64,000 nucleotides of DNA. Source: Mustelus asterias (taxonomy: Eukaryota). The translations under genes and the position numbers were made by a program. Location: the NCBI RefSeq assembly GCF_964213995.1, contig NW_027590177.1:310001-374000 (forward strand). The letters are read 5' to 3'. Every line of letters begins with the position of its first letter. The first letter of the stretch is position 1. Positions 48,910 to 62,915 of the stretch are shown piece after piece. A model generated the notes under the pieces. It saw only the letters and a program-made list of their open reading frames with translations, was not told the DNA's origin and did not search any database.

Positions 48910-49539
48910 GGTGCCGATGTGTCTCTCCAGGTTGATGATCAGTTGAAAGCTCATCCACACACACACGTGTACAGTTTCTCCCCAATGTGAATGGTGTGAT
49001 GTTTTTTCAGGGTGTGTAACTGGTTAAAGCTCTTTCCAGTCAGTTCACTGGAACACCTTCACTCGGGTGTGTTTGTGTGTGTGTGTGTGTCTCGGTGCTT
49101 TTCCAATCACACTAATGTCTGAAATCTTTTCCCACAGACAGAACAAATAAACATTTCTCCTTCCACATTGATATTCAGGTCCTGATGAATCGAATGACTG
49201 TCAGATCTCAATGTGATGTTTGATTTAAGTTTCCCACCTGTCAATCCTCCCATCCTAATCCCCTGTAAAAGGAGTTTTACGAAGTTATCAGTGTAAATGC
49301 AGGATAGAAATTCAAAACAGACAATTCTAGTTCGGATGGAACATTCTTTCCTTTCTTATTCCCTCCAATCATATGGTCCAAACGAACTGAAAGACAAAAA
49401 TCAACAACCAAGCATCAACAAAACCAAAGGGAACCTTCCTAACTGAACCAGAAAGTTCTGACCAGTGTCTCTGATCCTCTTATGAGGCCTCGGGCACTAG
49501 GACCCAGTAAAAAACGAAATCCTGAATCCCGTCCACTCT

Positions 49540-49870
49540 CTGTTGTATCACAATGTGCGTCACCAAGACGCCAGCGCATGCGCTCTGCCCTCCGCTGAAC
49601 TAAGATGGCGGCTGGTAACCGGCGTCTTCGCCCCGGGAGGACAAACCGGAGCTGCAAACGCGGAACCTGCAGGTCCGTATTCGCGGTTTGAGGCTTTCAG
49701 CAGGTATTTAGAAACCCTCCCCGTTCACCCGCCGACTCCATCCGCCCTGCGCGTTTCTACATCTTTACCGGCTGCGGATCAAACAAAAGGATCCTCTCTC
49801 CCCTTCGCCATCACTGACATCGCGCATGCTCCATACCATGTTCGATACTGCGCCTGCGCACTGTTCCCCT
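49540..49870. promoter_or_regulatory. Bidirectional CpG promoter, cassette P1 (inverted relative to 27.0 kb)
   Basis: gcgcatgcgc at ~49574, YY1 aagatggcggc at ~49602, donor cag|gtattt at ~49704, NRF1-like cgcgcatg and tgcgcctgcgca at 49820-49860. Confidence 0.75.
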
Positions 49871-49887
49871 ATGGTGTGGATAGGGGA

Positions 49888-50930
49888 TAAAGAACAAAGA
49901 ACAGTACAGCACAGGAACAGGCCCTTCGGCCCACAAGCCTGCGCCCATCACGTTGTCCTATCTAAACCAACCGCTTATATCCCTCTATACCCCGTCTGTT
50001 CATGTGTCAATCCAGATAAGTTTTAAATGTTGCTAATGTATCTGCCTCGACCACCTCACTTGGCAGTGCATTCCAGGCCCCCACCACCCACTGTGTAAAA
50101 AAACTCCCCCTCGTGTCTCCACTGAACTTTTCCCCCCCTTTGAACTGTGCCCCCTTGCGATTGTCATTTCTGCCCAGGAAGAAAGCTTCCAACTGTTACC
50201 TTATCTATGCCGCTCATAATTTTATAAACTTCTATCAGGTTGCCCCATGGCCTCCATTTTTCCAGTTTATTAAATCTTTCAAAGAACAAAGAACAATACA
50301 GCACAGGAACAGGCCCTTCGGCCCTCCAAGCCCGCGCCGCTCCCCGGTCCAGGATTGAATCCTGAATCCAGGATCCCCGCCCAATTTTCCAGCCTATCTA
50401 CATACCAATATCCTATCCACCGAGCTGTCCCTCACAGCTACGATGCTTTGTTCATTACAACCTATTAACTCACCCCCACCCCCCCATTCCAGACCATGTG
50501 ATCTCCAGGGAGAGGCGAAAACCCAGAGTGAAAAACCCCAGGGCCAATATGGGGAAAAAAAATCTGGGAAATTCCTCTCCGACCCCCTGAGGCGATCGAA
50601 ACAAGTCCAGGAGATCACAATGGCCCTGATCGGAAAATGCTTCCCAACCCTAGTCATTTCCACTTCCACGAACACCATATGAATTCCCTGCCCCCGAGAC
50701 AGGTTCCCAACTATCCGCAGTCTCGCTCTGTACTGGCACCAGCAAGATGATCATAGCTTATACCCTCCATACCATGCAACATCCTGGTAAACATTTTCTG
50801 TACTCCCTCCAAAGCCACCACGTCCTTCTGGTAGAATGCCGACCAGAATTGGACACAGTATTCCAAATGTGACCTAACCAATATTTTATATGACTGTAAC
50901 ATAATTTGCCAACTTTTATACTCAACATTC
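49888..50930 (-). mobile_element. CR1 3' fragment interrupted by a short element at 50281-50751
   Basis: Translations LVRSHLEYCVQFWSAFYQKD and FFTQWVVGAWNALP. Confidence 0.8.
50281..50751 (-). mobile_element. Short CR1-tailed non-autonomous retroelement with a structured core
   Basis: Ends in the same (ttctttg)n CR1 tail as 49888. Non-coding body with internal inverted repeats at 50497-50619. Confidence 0.6.
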
Positions 50931-51017
50931 ACCACCGTGGGGAATGTTGGTTAAAATCACCACCTTTGAAAGTCCCAAATCGTTAAGTCACTGTTTTTGC
51001 TTTGATGTGAACATTAA

Positions 51018-51298
51018 GGTGGCACGGTGGTTAGCACTGCTGCCTCACAGCGCCAGGGACCCGGATTCGATTCCCAGCCTTGTGGAGTTTGCACGTTCTC
51101 TCCGTGTCTGCGTGGGTTTCCTCTGGGTGCTCTGGTTTCCTCCCACAGTCCGAAAGACGTGCTGGTTAGGTGCATTGGCCATGCTAAAGGCTCCCTCAGT
51201 GAACCCGAACAGGCGCCGGAGTGTGGCGACTATGGGGTTTTCACAGTAACTTCATTGCAATGTGAATGTAAGCCTACTTATGATGCTAATAAATAAAT
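51018..51298 (+). mobile_element. V-SINE (HE1-related, alternative tail)
   Basis: tRNA head and V-core present. Same subfamily as 53822-54089 (-). Confidence 0.85.
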
Positions 51299-52517
51299 AG
51301 ACTGTGTCCTTTCACTAACAAGACCAGCAGCAAACATTCCCCATCCCCAGGACCTGTGGGCAAGATGATGTTTGACCTTCTTGAACCGTTGCAGTCCATG
51401 TGGTGAAGATGCTCCCACAATGCGTTAGGTTAGAGTTACAGGTTATTCACCCAGTGATGATGAAGGAACGATGATACATGTCAATAATAACAATCTGTAT
51501 TTGTATATCTTCCATGTCATAGACTTTCCCAGGGCATTTCAAAGCAGTGTCATACATTAAGTGTCTTTGCAGGTCAGTGAGCTCAGGGGTGATGAGTGAA
51601 CAAGACTTGGTGTGAGTAAGCACATGGCCAGCAGAGATTTGGATGACTTTAAGACTTCAGGGTGATTGAATGTAGGAGGCCGGGAATGCATTTGGATAGT
51701 TAAGTCTGGAGTTATCGAAGGGATGGATGAGAGTTCCAGCTGCAGATGAGCAGAATCAAGGACAGAGTCAGATGATGTTACTGAGATGGAAATTGGCAGT
51801 CTTGGTGATTATTCAGATATGAGGTCAGGAGCTCAGTTTAGAGTGAAAGCTGTTGTTGAGGCTGGGAACAGTCCGGTTCAGTCTCAGACAGTTGTCAGGG
51901 AGAAGGATGGAGTCAGTAGTTTGGGAGTGGAATTTGTACTGGGGACTGAAGAGAAACAATGGTTTTCTTCTTCCCAGTAGTTAAATGGAGCACATTGCTG
52001 TTCATTCAGTACTGGGTATCCGACAGGGCAGGACGGTGCGAGTTGGAGGGGAATTTGGAGATTATGGTGTTCGCATACACCTGGTCCTCCTTGGTGTGGA
52101 AGTTGAAGGTTTGGAGAATTTTGTCAAAGTTCTAGAATTCAAAGTAGAAAATCACCTCCTTTGTTCCTGCGTCTTTCACCTCTCTCCCCTCCCATAGAGG
52201 CCAGAGTCTTGTGTCGGCCCAGACTGGGTGGTAAGTTCCCTTCCCTAAAGGACATTAGTGAACCAGTTGGGTTTTTGTGACAATCCAGGAGCTTCCATGG
52301 TCACTTTTTCCTCGTGCCGGCCCCACAGATTACCAGATTCATTCAGCTCAATTTCATAACCTGCCTTTGTGTGTTTGTGGGCACTCTCTCACTCCCTTTT
52401 CTCTGTTTTAAATTAATTTCATGAAGTATTGAAAGAGGAGGATATGTAGTCAGGAAACTCAAACCAAACATTCACATCAGGATCTGATGGAGTGTCCAAA
52501 TTATGGGATTTTGAACA

Positions 52518-52970
52518 TTGAAGGAAAAAGCACTGTTCACAGTGGGGGGGGGAAAACCGTACACATGTTCTATGTGTGGATGAGGCTTCAACCAATCATC
52601 TAACCTGTCGAGACACTATCACACCGGGGAAAACTGTGGAAACATGAGGACTGTGAGAAGGCCTTCAGTTACCGTCTAAACTGGAGACTCAGCGACGCAG
52701 TCACACAAGGGAGAGGCCGTGAGCCGGCTCTGAGTGTGGGTTGGGATTCAATAAGTTAAACAACCAATTGAAACACCAGCAGGTTCACTGGGGGGAGAGG
52801 CCATTCACCTGCTCTGTATGTGGGAAATGATTCACTCAGTCATCATTGCCCATGACACAACAGCGAGTTCACACTGACGAGAGACCTTTTAAATGCCCAG
52901 ACTGTGGGAAGTGTTATAAAAGTTCCCAGGAACTGACATCCCATCAATATGTTCACACTGAAGAGAGGCT
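52518..52970 (+). pseudogene. Type B ZNF pseudogene
   Basis: ATG mutated (aacattgaagga), poly-G frameshift, several TGA stops and 4-5 decayed fingers. Its upstream region duplicates 53110-54340. Confidence 0.8.
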
Positions 52971-53821
52971 GGAATTAGGGGAGAGCATAGATCATGGAGA
53001 ATTGTGTGACTGAAGGATATTACAGAGAGAGGAGTGGTCGCAGCTATGGAGAAATTTGGAAACAAGAACGGGAGTTTTAAAATGTAGTGGTTCTTAAACA
53101 GGAACCTTTATAGGTCAGTGAGCACAGGGGTGATGGGTGAACAAGTCTTGAATAATTACACAGACAGCAGAGTTTTGGATGACCTCAGGATTGCAGGGAG
53201 GCTGAATGTGGGAGGCCAGCAAAGAGTGCTCTGGGAGAGTTAAGTCCAGAGGTAACAAAGGAATGGATGAGAGTTTCTGAACAAGATGATTTGAGACTCG
53301 GGCGATGTTACTGAGGTGGAAATAGACATTCTGGGTGACGGTGAGGATATGTGGCTGGAAGCTCAGTTTGGGGTGAGCCAGGACACTGAGGTTGTGAGAA
53401 GTCTGGTTCAGCCTCAGACAGTTGCCAGGGAGAGGGAGTGGAGTCTGTTGTGAGGACTGAAGACAACGGCTTGGTTCTTAATATTCAATTGGAAGAAGTT
53501 TCTGTTCATCCAGTACTGGATGTCAGACACGTCAGGATGGTGTGTGAGTTGAAAAGGAACTTGGAGATGATGGTGTTCCCATACACCTGCTTTGTTGCTC
53601 CATCGAGGTGGTGGAGGTTGTGGGAGTTTGAAATATTTGAAATTCCTTTTTTCCTGTGCTGCCCAATTCTGTCTCACCCTCTCCTACTTCTGTCTCTCTG
53701 CCTCTTCCCCCTCGATCTCTTCTCCCAGATTGTCCAGAGTCTTGTGTCGTCCCTGACCAGGTAGCAGGTTTCCTTCCCTGAAGGACGTTAGTGAATCAGT
53801 TGGGTTTTTTTTAAAGTTAAA

Positions 53822-54089
53822 AGTTTATTCATTAGTCACAAATAGGCTTCCATTAACACTGCAATGAAGTTGCTGTGAACTTCCCCTAGTCGCCACATTC
53901 CGGCGCCTGTTCGGGTCAATGCACCTAACCAGCATGTCTTTTGAACTGTGGGAGGAAACCGGAGCACCCGGAGGAAACCCACGCAGACACAGGGAGAATG
54001 TGCAAACTCCACACAGACAGTGACCCAAGCCGGGAATCAAATCTGGGTCCCTGGCACTGTGAGGCAGTAGTGCTGATCACCGCGCCGCC
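53822..54089 (-). mobile_element. V-SINE inserted just upstream of a ZNF acceptor
   Basis: Reverse complement of the 51018-type element. Confidence 0.85.
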
Positions 54090-54350
54090 CAATGACAATC
54101 CGGCAGTTTCCATGGTCTCTTTTTCTTATTGCCGGCCCCACAAATGACCAGATTCATTCAGCTCAATTTCACAACCTGCCTTTGAGTTTCTGTGGGTTCT
54201 CTCTCACTGCCTTTTTTCCATTTAAATCAATTTCACAGGGTTTTAGAAGAGGAGGATTTTCAGTCAGGAAACACAAAGTGAACATCACATCAGGATCTGA
54301 TGGAGTCGACCAATTTATTGTAACCATTGTATCATGATTGGATTTTGAAC

Positions 54351-55625
54351 ATGGAAGAAAAAAGCATCGATTGCAGTGGGGAGAATCTGTACGCGTGTTC
54401 TGTGTATGAATCATCTGACCCCACGAACCACAAGTGCCGTCACACTGAAGAGAAGCCGTTGAAATGTGGGGACTGCGAGGAAGGATTCTATTCCCCATCT
54501 GAACTGGAAATTCACCAGCGAGTTCATGCTGGGGAGAGGCCGTTCACCTGCTCTGTGTGTGGGAAAGGATTCACTCAGTCGTTCAACCTGCTGAGACACC
54601 GGCAAGTTCACACTGGAGAGAGACCATTCACCTGCTCCAAATGTGGGAAGGGATTCACTCAGTCCTCCAATCTGCTGGTACACCAGAGAGTTCACACCGG
54701 GGAGAGGCCATTCACCTGCTCCCAGTGTGGGAAGGGATTCATTCACACAAGCAACCTGCTATCACACCAGCGAGTTCACACTGACAAGAGACCTTTTAAA
54801 TGTCCAGCATGTGGGAAGTGCTTTAAAAGTTCCCGGGAACTGACACGCCATCAGCAAGTTCACACCGAGGAAAGACCTTTTTACTGTGCAGAATGTGGAA
54901 AGGGCTATAAAAGTTCCTGGGAACTGACGTACCACCAACGTGTTCACACTGAGGAGAGACCGTTCAGGTGCTCTCACTGCGGGACTGGGTTCAGGCAATC
55001 ATCTCAACTCACTGTACACCAGCGAATTCACACTGGGAAAAGGCCATTCACCTGCACGGAGTGTGGGAAGGGATTTAGTCGGTCATCCCAACTCATGGTG
55101 CACCAGCGGGTTCACTCTGGAGAGAGACCTTTCAAGTGCCTCGACTGTGGGAATTACTATAAAAGTTCTGGAGAACTGAAATCCCATCAGCATGTTCACA
55201 CTGACAAGAGACCGTTCAGATGCTCTCACTGTGCAATTGGATTCAGGCAATCATCCCATCTCACTGAACACCAGCGAATTCACACTGGGGAGAGACCGTT
55301 CACCTGCTCCAATTGTGGGAAGGGATTCACTCAGTCCTCCCAACTCATGGCTCACCAGCGGGTTCACACTGAGGAGAGACCTTTCAAATGCCCAGACTGT
55401 GGGAAGTGCTACAAACGATCTGGAGATCTGAGGTCCCACCAACGTGTTCACACTGATGAGAGGCCATTCATGTGCTCTCAATGTGGGACTGGGTTCAGTC
55501 GATCGTCGATACTAATTGAACACCAGCGAGTTCACACTGGGGAGAAACCATTCACCTGCTCCAAGTGTGGGAAGGGATTTACTCGGAAATCCAACCTGCT
55601 GACGCATCAGCGAATTCATAAGTGA
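54351..55625 (+). CDS. C2H2 ZNF, 14 fingers (type B)
   Basis: Intact ORF starting aacATGgaagaa, with an in-frame TAA at 54321. Candidate acceptor tttcacag at ~54238. Confidence 0.9.
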   Translation: MEEKSIDCSGENLYACSVYESSDPTNHKCRHTEEKPLKCGDCEEGFYSPSELEIHQRVHAGERPFTCSVCGKGFTQSFNLLRHRQVHTGERPFTCSKCGKGFTQSSNLLVHQRVHTGERPFTCSQCGKGFIHTSNLLSHQRVHTDKRPFKCPACGKCFKSSRELTRHQQVHTEERPFYCAECGKGYKSSWELTYHQRVHTEERPFRCSHCGTGFRQSSQLTVHQRIHTGKRPFTCTECGKGFSRSSQLMVHQRVHSGERPFKCLDCGNYYKSSGELKSHQHVHTDKRPFRCSHCAIGFRQSSHLTEHQRIHTGERPFTCSNCGKGFTQSSQLMAHQRVHTEERPFKCPDCGKCYKRSGDLRSHQRVHTDERPFMCSQCGTGFSRSSILIEHQRVHTGEKPFTCSKCGKGFTRKSNLLTHQRIHK

Positions 55626-57249
55626 AGGCAGGAGTTAGAGTTTGCTGTTAATCACACCCAGGACTGAACAACATTCATTAGGGTCCGACTCTGCTGGTGT
55701 TCGTAAACTGCAGCTCGGTAATAGGTGTTAATGGTCTGGATAAAATTAAACTAAATCAGTTTTGTGTCAAACAAAATGTGGCAAATGTTTTTAATATTTC
55801 TTAACACAAGTTAGTTGCTTTTGAAGTGAGCTTCCTCTGGACCAAGATTTACTCTGGCTATTTGTTTCCTTTTTTTACACTGCTTGGATAGGTATGATCC
55901 CATTCTTTAAGAACAATATGCAATGAGAGAGTTTGGGGAGTCCATTCAGCCCTCATCGTTTGACTGTCAAGTTGACTTGGACGAAATGCATCATCTGTAA
56001 GGCTGTATTTATATCACATTCATAGCCCGTCCACCAAGTCACAGCTCATACTGAGTCAGAGGATCTACCATTTTACAGCCACAGGGGTGTCACACCATGC
56101 CAAATATGTGAACATTTCCATTAGTGGATGGAAATGATGGCAGTCTGGGGGCCCAATTGGAGACACAAGCACAGAAATATGGGGGAATTGACCATGTTAA
56201 TGTGGGGATTTGTCACACACCTGAGAAGAGTTTTGGAACACTTCACTGTGGTTAAGGTGCAATATAAAACAAGCTGTACTTTGCTGTTATCCCAGCTGAT
56301 GTTACTACTGGACAGAAAGGTCCCAGAACAGAATCCGAGCTCAATTCACTTTTACTTTTTAAAAAATCAGAAATATGGATGAACAGTCACAGGACTGCCA
56401 ATTTGCTTTTTGCAAAAGATTATTAAAAATGAAATGATTGACTATCACACAATACACCTTCACCCCATCTTCATAATTGTTCTAACTTTTATGGATAACA
56501 TAAGTTACGGAATATATTTAATATTTTATCATTCTCAGCACATACTCAGTCCCTGTAAACCAACAGGTTAACTGTGGTCAGATACACCACACTCTCATAC
56601 CAAGTGGCAGACACCACCAAATACATCTTCTGTGGATTTCTCATTGAATTCCCCCCAGATGATGATCACATTGTGAGCCAACTGGTTTCATTGGAACTCC
56701 AGCTTCCAAACAAATGTTTACAAACTCAACCCTCGAAAAGACATGCCTTGGATTGCCACGTGCAATCAAGCTTCCACAAAATCATTCAGCCATGCTAACG
56801 GAAGATCACTGCTTCACAGGCTGTATTAAGATATCATCAGCCTTAGGATTGCTTCAGATATCTGGCTTCTCCCTAGTCAACTTCACCAAGTCTGCACCTG
56901 TCAGCTCTGCCTTTAACTGGGAGCCTTTCTCTACCCTTGTCTTTAACTTCAGGGAACAGTAAGTACATTGCTCAGTTTCCAGTTCCCTTTGTCTCTTTCA
57001 CTTCAGTCTTCCTGGGACTTTTGTGTTAATTCCCTGGTTTTTATAATCACTGCTCCTTGTTCTTTTGGGATTCTATAGTTATGTGGTTTACAACATTATT
57101 TTCTATTCCAGGTTTCAAGTCACAATGGTGCTGCTGTTACCCACCATGCCTTGCGGATATGAATATGCCCTATTCATGCTACAAGAGAGCAGTGAACATG
57201 CGCAGTACTGGATTCGATCCGGAGCATGCACAGTGTCATTTTGCGGGGC

Positions 57250-57812
57250 CATCAAACAATCCCAGGAAACATACAACACAGGGTTAGATACCGATTAAAT
57301 CTCTTTCTATACTGACTCCATCAAACACTCCCAGGGCACGTACAGCATGGAGTTAGATACAGAATAAGGCTCCTTTTACACTGTCCCAATCAAACATTCC
57401 CAGGACAGCATGGAGTTAGATACAGAGAAAAGTTCCCTCTACACTGTTCACATCAAACACTCCCAGGACAGGTACAGCACGGAGTCAGATATAGAGTGAA
57501 GCTCCCTCTACACTGTTCACATCAAACACTCCCAGGACAGGTACAGCACGGAGTCAGATATAGAGTGAAGCTCCCTCTACACTGTCCCCATCAAACACTC
57601 CCAGGTCAGGTACAGCATGGCATTCGATGCAGAGTAAAACTCCCTCGACAGTGTCCCCATCAAACATGCCCAGGACAGGTACAGCACGGGGTTAGATAGA
57701 GGGTAAAGCCCCCCTTACACTCTCTTCCCCAAATATCCCCAGGAAATATACAGCACGGAGTTAGATACAGAATAAATCCTCTTCTATACATATATGACCC
57801 CATCAAACACTC
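57250..57812. repeat. 69-bp satellite, about 8 diverged copies
   Basis: Unit catcaaacactcccaggacaggtacagcacggagtcagatatagagtgaagctccctctacactgttca. Confidence 0.9.
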
Positions 57813-58051
57813 CTAAGATCATTGTTACCAATACCATCCCTGAATACCAAGGCTCAAAGAGACATTCTGGAAGTTATCAAGAGCTGGAACTGTTAAGGTT
57901 TGGTTTTGGGAGTCACAGGTTATCCACAAAGTGAGGTGGGGGATAAGGGGGATTACGCTGACATAATTTTAAAGTAGTTTATGAAGAGGCAGCAGTTTAA
58001 ATATCATGTATGAACAAAATAGATCAGCAGAAACATACGAGCCGTGAAAGG

Positions 58052-58330
58052 AGAACAAAGAACATTACAGCACAGGAACAGGCCTTTGGCCCACTTAGCC
58101 TATGCTGACACATGATGCCTTCCTGAACTAAAGACCCTTTGCCTCTATGTGGTCCATATCCTTCTATTCCCTGCCTATTCATGAATCTGTCAAGATGCCT
58201 CTTAAACATTCTGCTTCTACCACCTCCTCTGGTAGCGCATTCCAGGCATTTACATCCTCTGTGTAAAACACTTGCCTCTCACATCTCCTTTAAACTTTCC
58301 CCCCTTTACCTTAAACCTATGTCCCCTGGT
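58052..58330 (-). mobile_element. CR1 3' end
   Basis: agaacaaagaaca tail; translation FKRHLDRFMNRQGIEGYGP. Confidence 0.8.
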
Positions 58331-60348
58331 TTCCTGATCCAACAGGATGAGTGATTGTTTCTGTCGTTGATGGTTGGCAGAGCCAGCTCCTTCTGAATTA
58401 AAGTGTTAGGAAATTCTTCCCAGGTTGTCTCCAGCCTGACAGAGGCCACGCAGTGTGGATCACTTTAAAAAAATTCCAGAGTATTTTTTTCCCTCTCAGG
58501 AGCCTGTTTTTAACTTTTTCAAAGATGGTAATTTTGTGTGTGGAGATTGGCACTCCGCACAACACTCTCTGATTTTCCTTATCCTCAGGAGTGCCGTTAA
58601 TTCTAAATTATTAGCAAATAAATACATACCATTAAAGTGACAGATCATGCTTGGACTTAAAAACTTCACCAGCTCTCCCTTCACCTGTATCCATCTTGAG
58701 GGTAATTCTCATTCAGGATTATTTATTCCTAGTCTCCAGTTGTCCGAACTCAATTCCTTTATTTCAATTTTACTCCTGTTGACCAGAACCAATGATTTTA
58801 GTTCCGTCCTGGGTGTTTTAAAGTCAGTTTCTCTGTGGAGTAAGTGTCAACACATTGATGATTTAAAAAAAAAATTACTTTTCACGTTAACAATTTCATT
58901 TTTTTAAATTCATGTGATGTGGCTCGGCCAGCATTTATTGTCCATCCTTAGATGCCGTTTAGAAGGTAATAGTGAGCTACCTTGTTGAATTGCTGCAGTC
59001 CCTGAGGTGTAGGTACACCCACAGTGCTGTTAGGGAGGGAATTGCAGGATTTTGATCCAGCGACAGTGAAGGAATAGTGATATATTTCCATGTCAGGATG
59101 GTCAGTGACTTGGAGGGGAACTTCGAGATGCTGGTGGTGTTCTCATGTTTCTGCTGCTCTTGTCCTTCTAAATGGTAGTGGGTTGGAAGGTGCTGCCTAA
59201 GGAACCTTGATGAGTTACTGCAGTGCATCTTACGGATGGTACACACTGCTACCACTGTCCATCGATGGTGAAGGGGGTGAATGTTTGTGGATGGGATGCC
59301 AGCGGGCTGCTTTGTCCTGGATGGTGTCCAGCTTATAATTTATTTAAGGCGAGTGACAATCAACCCAATCCATCTGTGCTTGTCAATTGTTCATTCAATT
59401 GTTTCAGTTTGAACAAGACTTTTAACCACTGGGTAAGACAAGAATCTCAGATGGTAAATTGAAATAAATTTATTTAAAAGGCAAACACTTACCAATACAG
59501 AAGGAAAAAGATACATTTATCAATACAGAACAGACTTTTACCATTTCTCTTGGTTGATCAGACTGTAAAAGCATAATTCCTTCTGTACCCCTCTATTGAC
59601 AACAATTCTGATGAGAATCGTGCTTTGAGGCTTCCAGTCCTTGGCCAGCAACTCGAAGGATTTAAAAATTCGAATCCTCAAGTTTTAAATCCCGCAATGG
59701 CTCTTACCTCAACTCGAATAAACTGGGTAGAATGCAATGGTTGGTTGATTTCATTACTGAATCGATTCAAGTGATTTTGAATGATTTGGTTAACTGTCTC
59801 AGATAGAGATAGAATGGGACTGTTCAGTGCATCCCTCCTATCTGATCCTGGGCAAGCCTTCTATTCATTGTGTAACCTTTCGGCTCCAAATCAGTTTAAC
59901 CCAGGCCGCAAAGGACTCGTTGTTAATCATCAGATCACACATTCCTTCTTACAGAAATTGTGGTATGCAATTTAAAACTGGCTTACAGAATTATAAGAAT
60001 ATACCAGGCTTTTAATATAACTATTAATATTGTGGTTACAGGGATAGGGCTATGGGGATAGGGCATAGGTGGGATTGTTGTCAGTGCAACCTCGATGGGC
60101 TGAATGGCCTCCTGCATGTAGGGCTTCTATGATTCTATTCTATGAAGTAAGCTAACAAGATCAATGAAGCCATTTTGAAACTAACATTTAACTGAAAAAC
60201 TATTAATAGATCATTAAGTTTTCAATGATAATTAATTGAGGCTCACTTTTTTTTGATAATTTGTTTCTGACTGGTGACTAATTAATACAGTTCACTGATT
60301 AATACAAATGGTTAATCACTGGACACTAAATGTCTTTTTCAGGATCAC

Positions 60349-60652
60349 TGAATTCCTACAGGGCAGAAGGAGGCCATCTGGCCCATCGAGCCTGCGCTGA
60401 CAACAATCACACCTGAGCTCTATCCCTGTAACTCCACATATTTACTCTGCTAATCCCCCTGACACTAAGGGGCAATTTAGCATAGCCAATCAACCTAACC
60501 CGCACATCTTTGGATTGTGGGAGGAAACCGCAAACCCACACAGACACGGGGAGAATGTGCAAACTCTACACAGTCACCCAAGGCCAGAATCGAACATGGA
60601 TCCCTGGCGCTATGAGGCAGCAATGTTAACCACTGTGCCACCGTACTGCCCC
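60349..60652 (-). mobile_element. HE1-like V-SINE
   Basis: Reverse complement of the 42323-type element. Confidence 0.85.
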
Positions 60653-61409
60653 AAAAGTAAAGTTTACTTAAGTCAACATAAAATGTAACTGGTCTGAATA
60701 TGAATAATTTCTTCTGAAACTCACTACCTAATCACACTAGATGTCTGTGAGGATCTTTGCTTGTTTTCCCATGCATTCTTCAACATCTTTGGCAGTGGCC
60801 AGTTTATCAAATGCAATTCTCTGTGAAAGTTCATGCACAAGGATATAAACATCCCCAAGAGAGCCATCATTTTATTAGTCGCATCTAGACTTTCCCTTTA
60901 CTAAAATATACATCAATACCTCATTGATATATTCCATTGAACAGCACCCACATTGAGTTATTTCAATTCCTAATCAGTGGTGTGTTATTTTCCCGTCACT
61001 CTATTTCTCACCTTCAATCACTTGCTCTCATTTGATACATCCCATTAGTTACCATCCCATCTCATTCATGTGGCCTGGAGAAACTCTTCTATCCAACTCT
61101 CGTAATATCTTTAAAACAGGAATCAAACATGCCAGTTTGACTCCAGGTGTCAACACAATTTGTTTGTTATTTTAGATAGTTTTATGTAAAAGTCACCCAC
61201 TTTTTTTGTAAATTTCAATATTAGCTCAAATTCAACTCGCAGCGTTGTGGGACTGACAGGTTTCCTTAATCTGCAATTTATTTCCCCAATGGAAACCTTT
61301 ATTTCCAATATCCAGGACTGTTTGTTACCAGTTTGTGTTTTGAAAATTTGACAATCCCCCAAACTTCAGTGAAATCTCCCTTTGGATGTGTGAAATAGCA
61401 ACTTGTTTT

Positions 61410-61765
61410 TATTTATTGGTGGGACACGGGTGTCGCTGGATGGCCAGCATTTATTGCTGATCCCTAGTTGCCCGAGAGCAGTTGAGAATCAACCACATTG
61501 CTGTGGGTCTGGAGTCACATGTAGGCCAGACCAGGTAAGGACAGCAGATTTCCTTCCCTAAAGGACATTAGTGAACCAGATGGGTTTTTCTGACAATCGA
61601 CAATGGTTTCACAATCATCAGTAGACACTTAATTCCTGATTTTTTAATATTGAATTCAAATTCCACCACATGCAGTGGCGTGATTCGAACCCGGGTCCCC
61701 AGAGCATTAGCTGAGTGTCTGGATTAATAGTCTAGTGGTATTATAGCTAGACTATCTCCTCCCCT
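61410..61765 (-). mobile_element. SacSINE-like tRNA-derived SINE (near full length)
   Basis: Minus-strand B-box gggttcgaatc at ~61682-61693, with core shared with 3460 and 27378. Confidence 0.75.
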
Positions 61766-62915
61766 TCACTTTATTTCATCAATTTAAATCACAATTATGC
61801 CCACATTTGCTGGTTTTAAACTTGTGCTTTTGTATCAGAGCGAGAAGTGTTTGCAATCAGTTTGGAGGTAACTTCCATGTCTCCTGATCTCAAGCACTTT
61901 ACCTTGAAAGACAACAAGTGGCCTGAATGGTTAAGACTCAGTCTTTGAAAAGCAAAGCCTTTAGTTCAAATTGTCACCATGTTGTGACGTTTGATGTCAG
62001 TTCTTGAATTCATTAAAACAATTCTCGATCTCTTGCTGTGATATCACCACCAAAGTGACCGTGGAAACCATCACCATTTGCTTTATAAAAACTCAAAGAA
62101 TCCACTTAGCTTTGTCGAAGAGCCCAGTGGGTTAATGTGTTCAGGAGACCAACCAAAGATGTGAGAGCTGAAATAATCCAGAGGTTAATGATGAGGTGTT
62201 AGTGTTACATTCCCATTCTGAGTCAGGGGGATGTGGATTCAACTTCACCTCCGGAAACCTGATCATAAAATGCAGCTGGTATTTTGGTGCATTCCTGAGG
62301 GAATACTCTGCTGTCCTTCAGAGGAAACCTTCAACTATAACCCCATCTGCTCCTGCAGGAGGTAAAAGTTCCCACAATGATATTTTGAAGAGGGAAGTTC
62401 TTTCGGGTGAACTGCTCAATACGTAGCCCTCAGTGATCAGCACTCAGACTATCTGGTCAGAATCATAGCTGTTTTGAAATTTCTCTCTCTCTCAGGATGT
62501 TTGCCTGACCTGCTGAGTATTTCCAGCATCTTAGTTGTGTTTGTTGGAACCTGTTGTATACAATCTGGCTGCTACATTTCTGATATTACAACAGGCACTC
62601 CACTTCAAAAGAACTTCATTGACTGTAAAGCACTTTGGGACACCCTAAAGTTGCAAAAGGCGCTATATTAATACAAGTTTTCCATTAACAAAGGAGAAAA
62701 TACCCAACAATGGGACAGTCGATAACAGGACATCAGTCAGTCTCCTCTTATCATGGAAAAATCAAGGACACAGACACTGTATTTAAGGCAATCATATTCA
62801 TTCTATTCATCTCTTTAACTGGGCTGGAGTTTAATATCAACTGAAATAAACCTGAACTGTCAGAATGAACATGGTTCAGTCCTGGGTGCAGTAACAGCAG
62901 AATCCAACCTCGGTA

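Noticed and set aside
56560-57060. Possible minus-strand Gypsy gag or zinc-knuckle relic; also LTR-like AT-rich tracts at 45300-46290 and 59330-60330
   Set aside because: Too degenerate to support by eye; needs a profile search.
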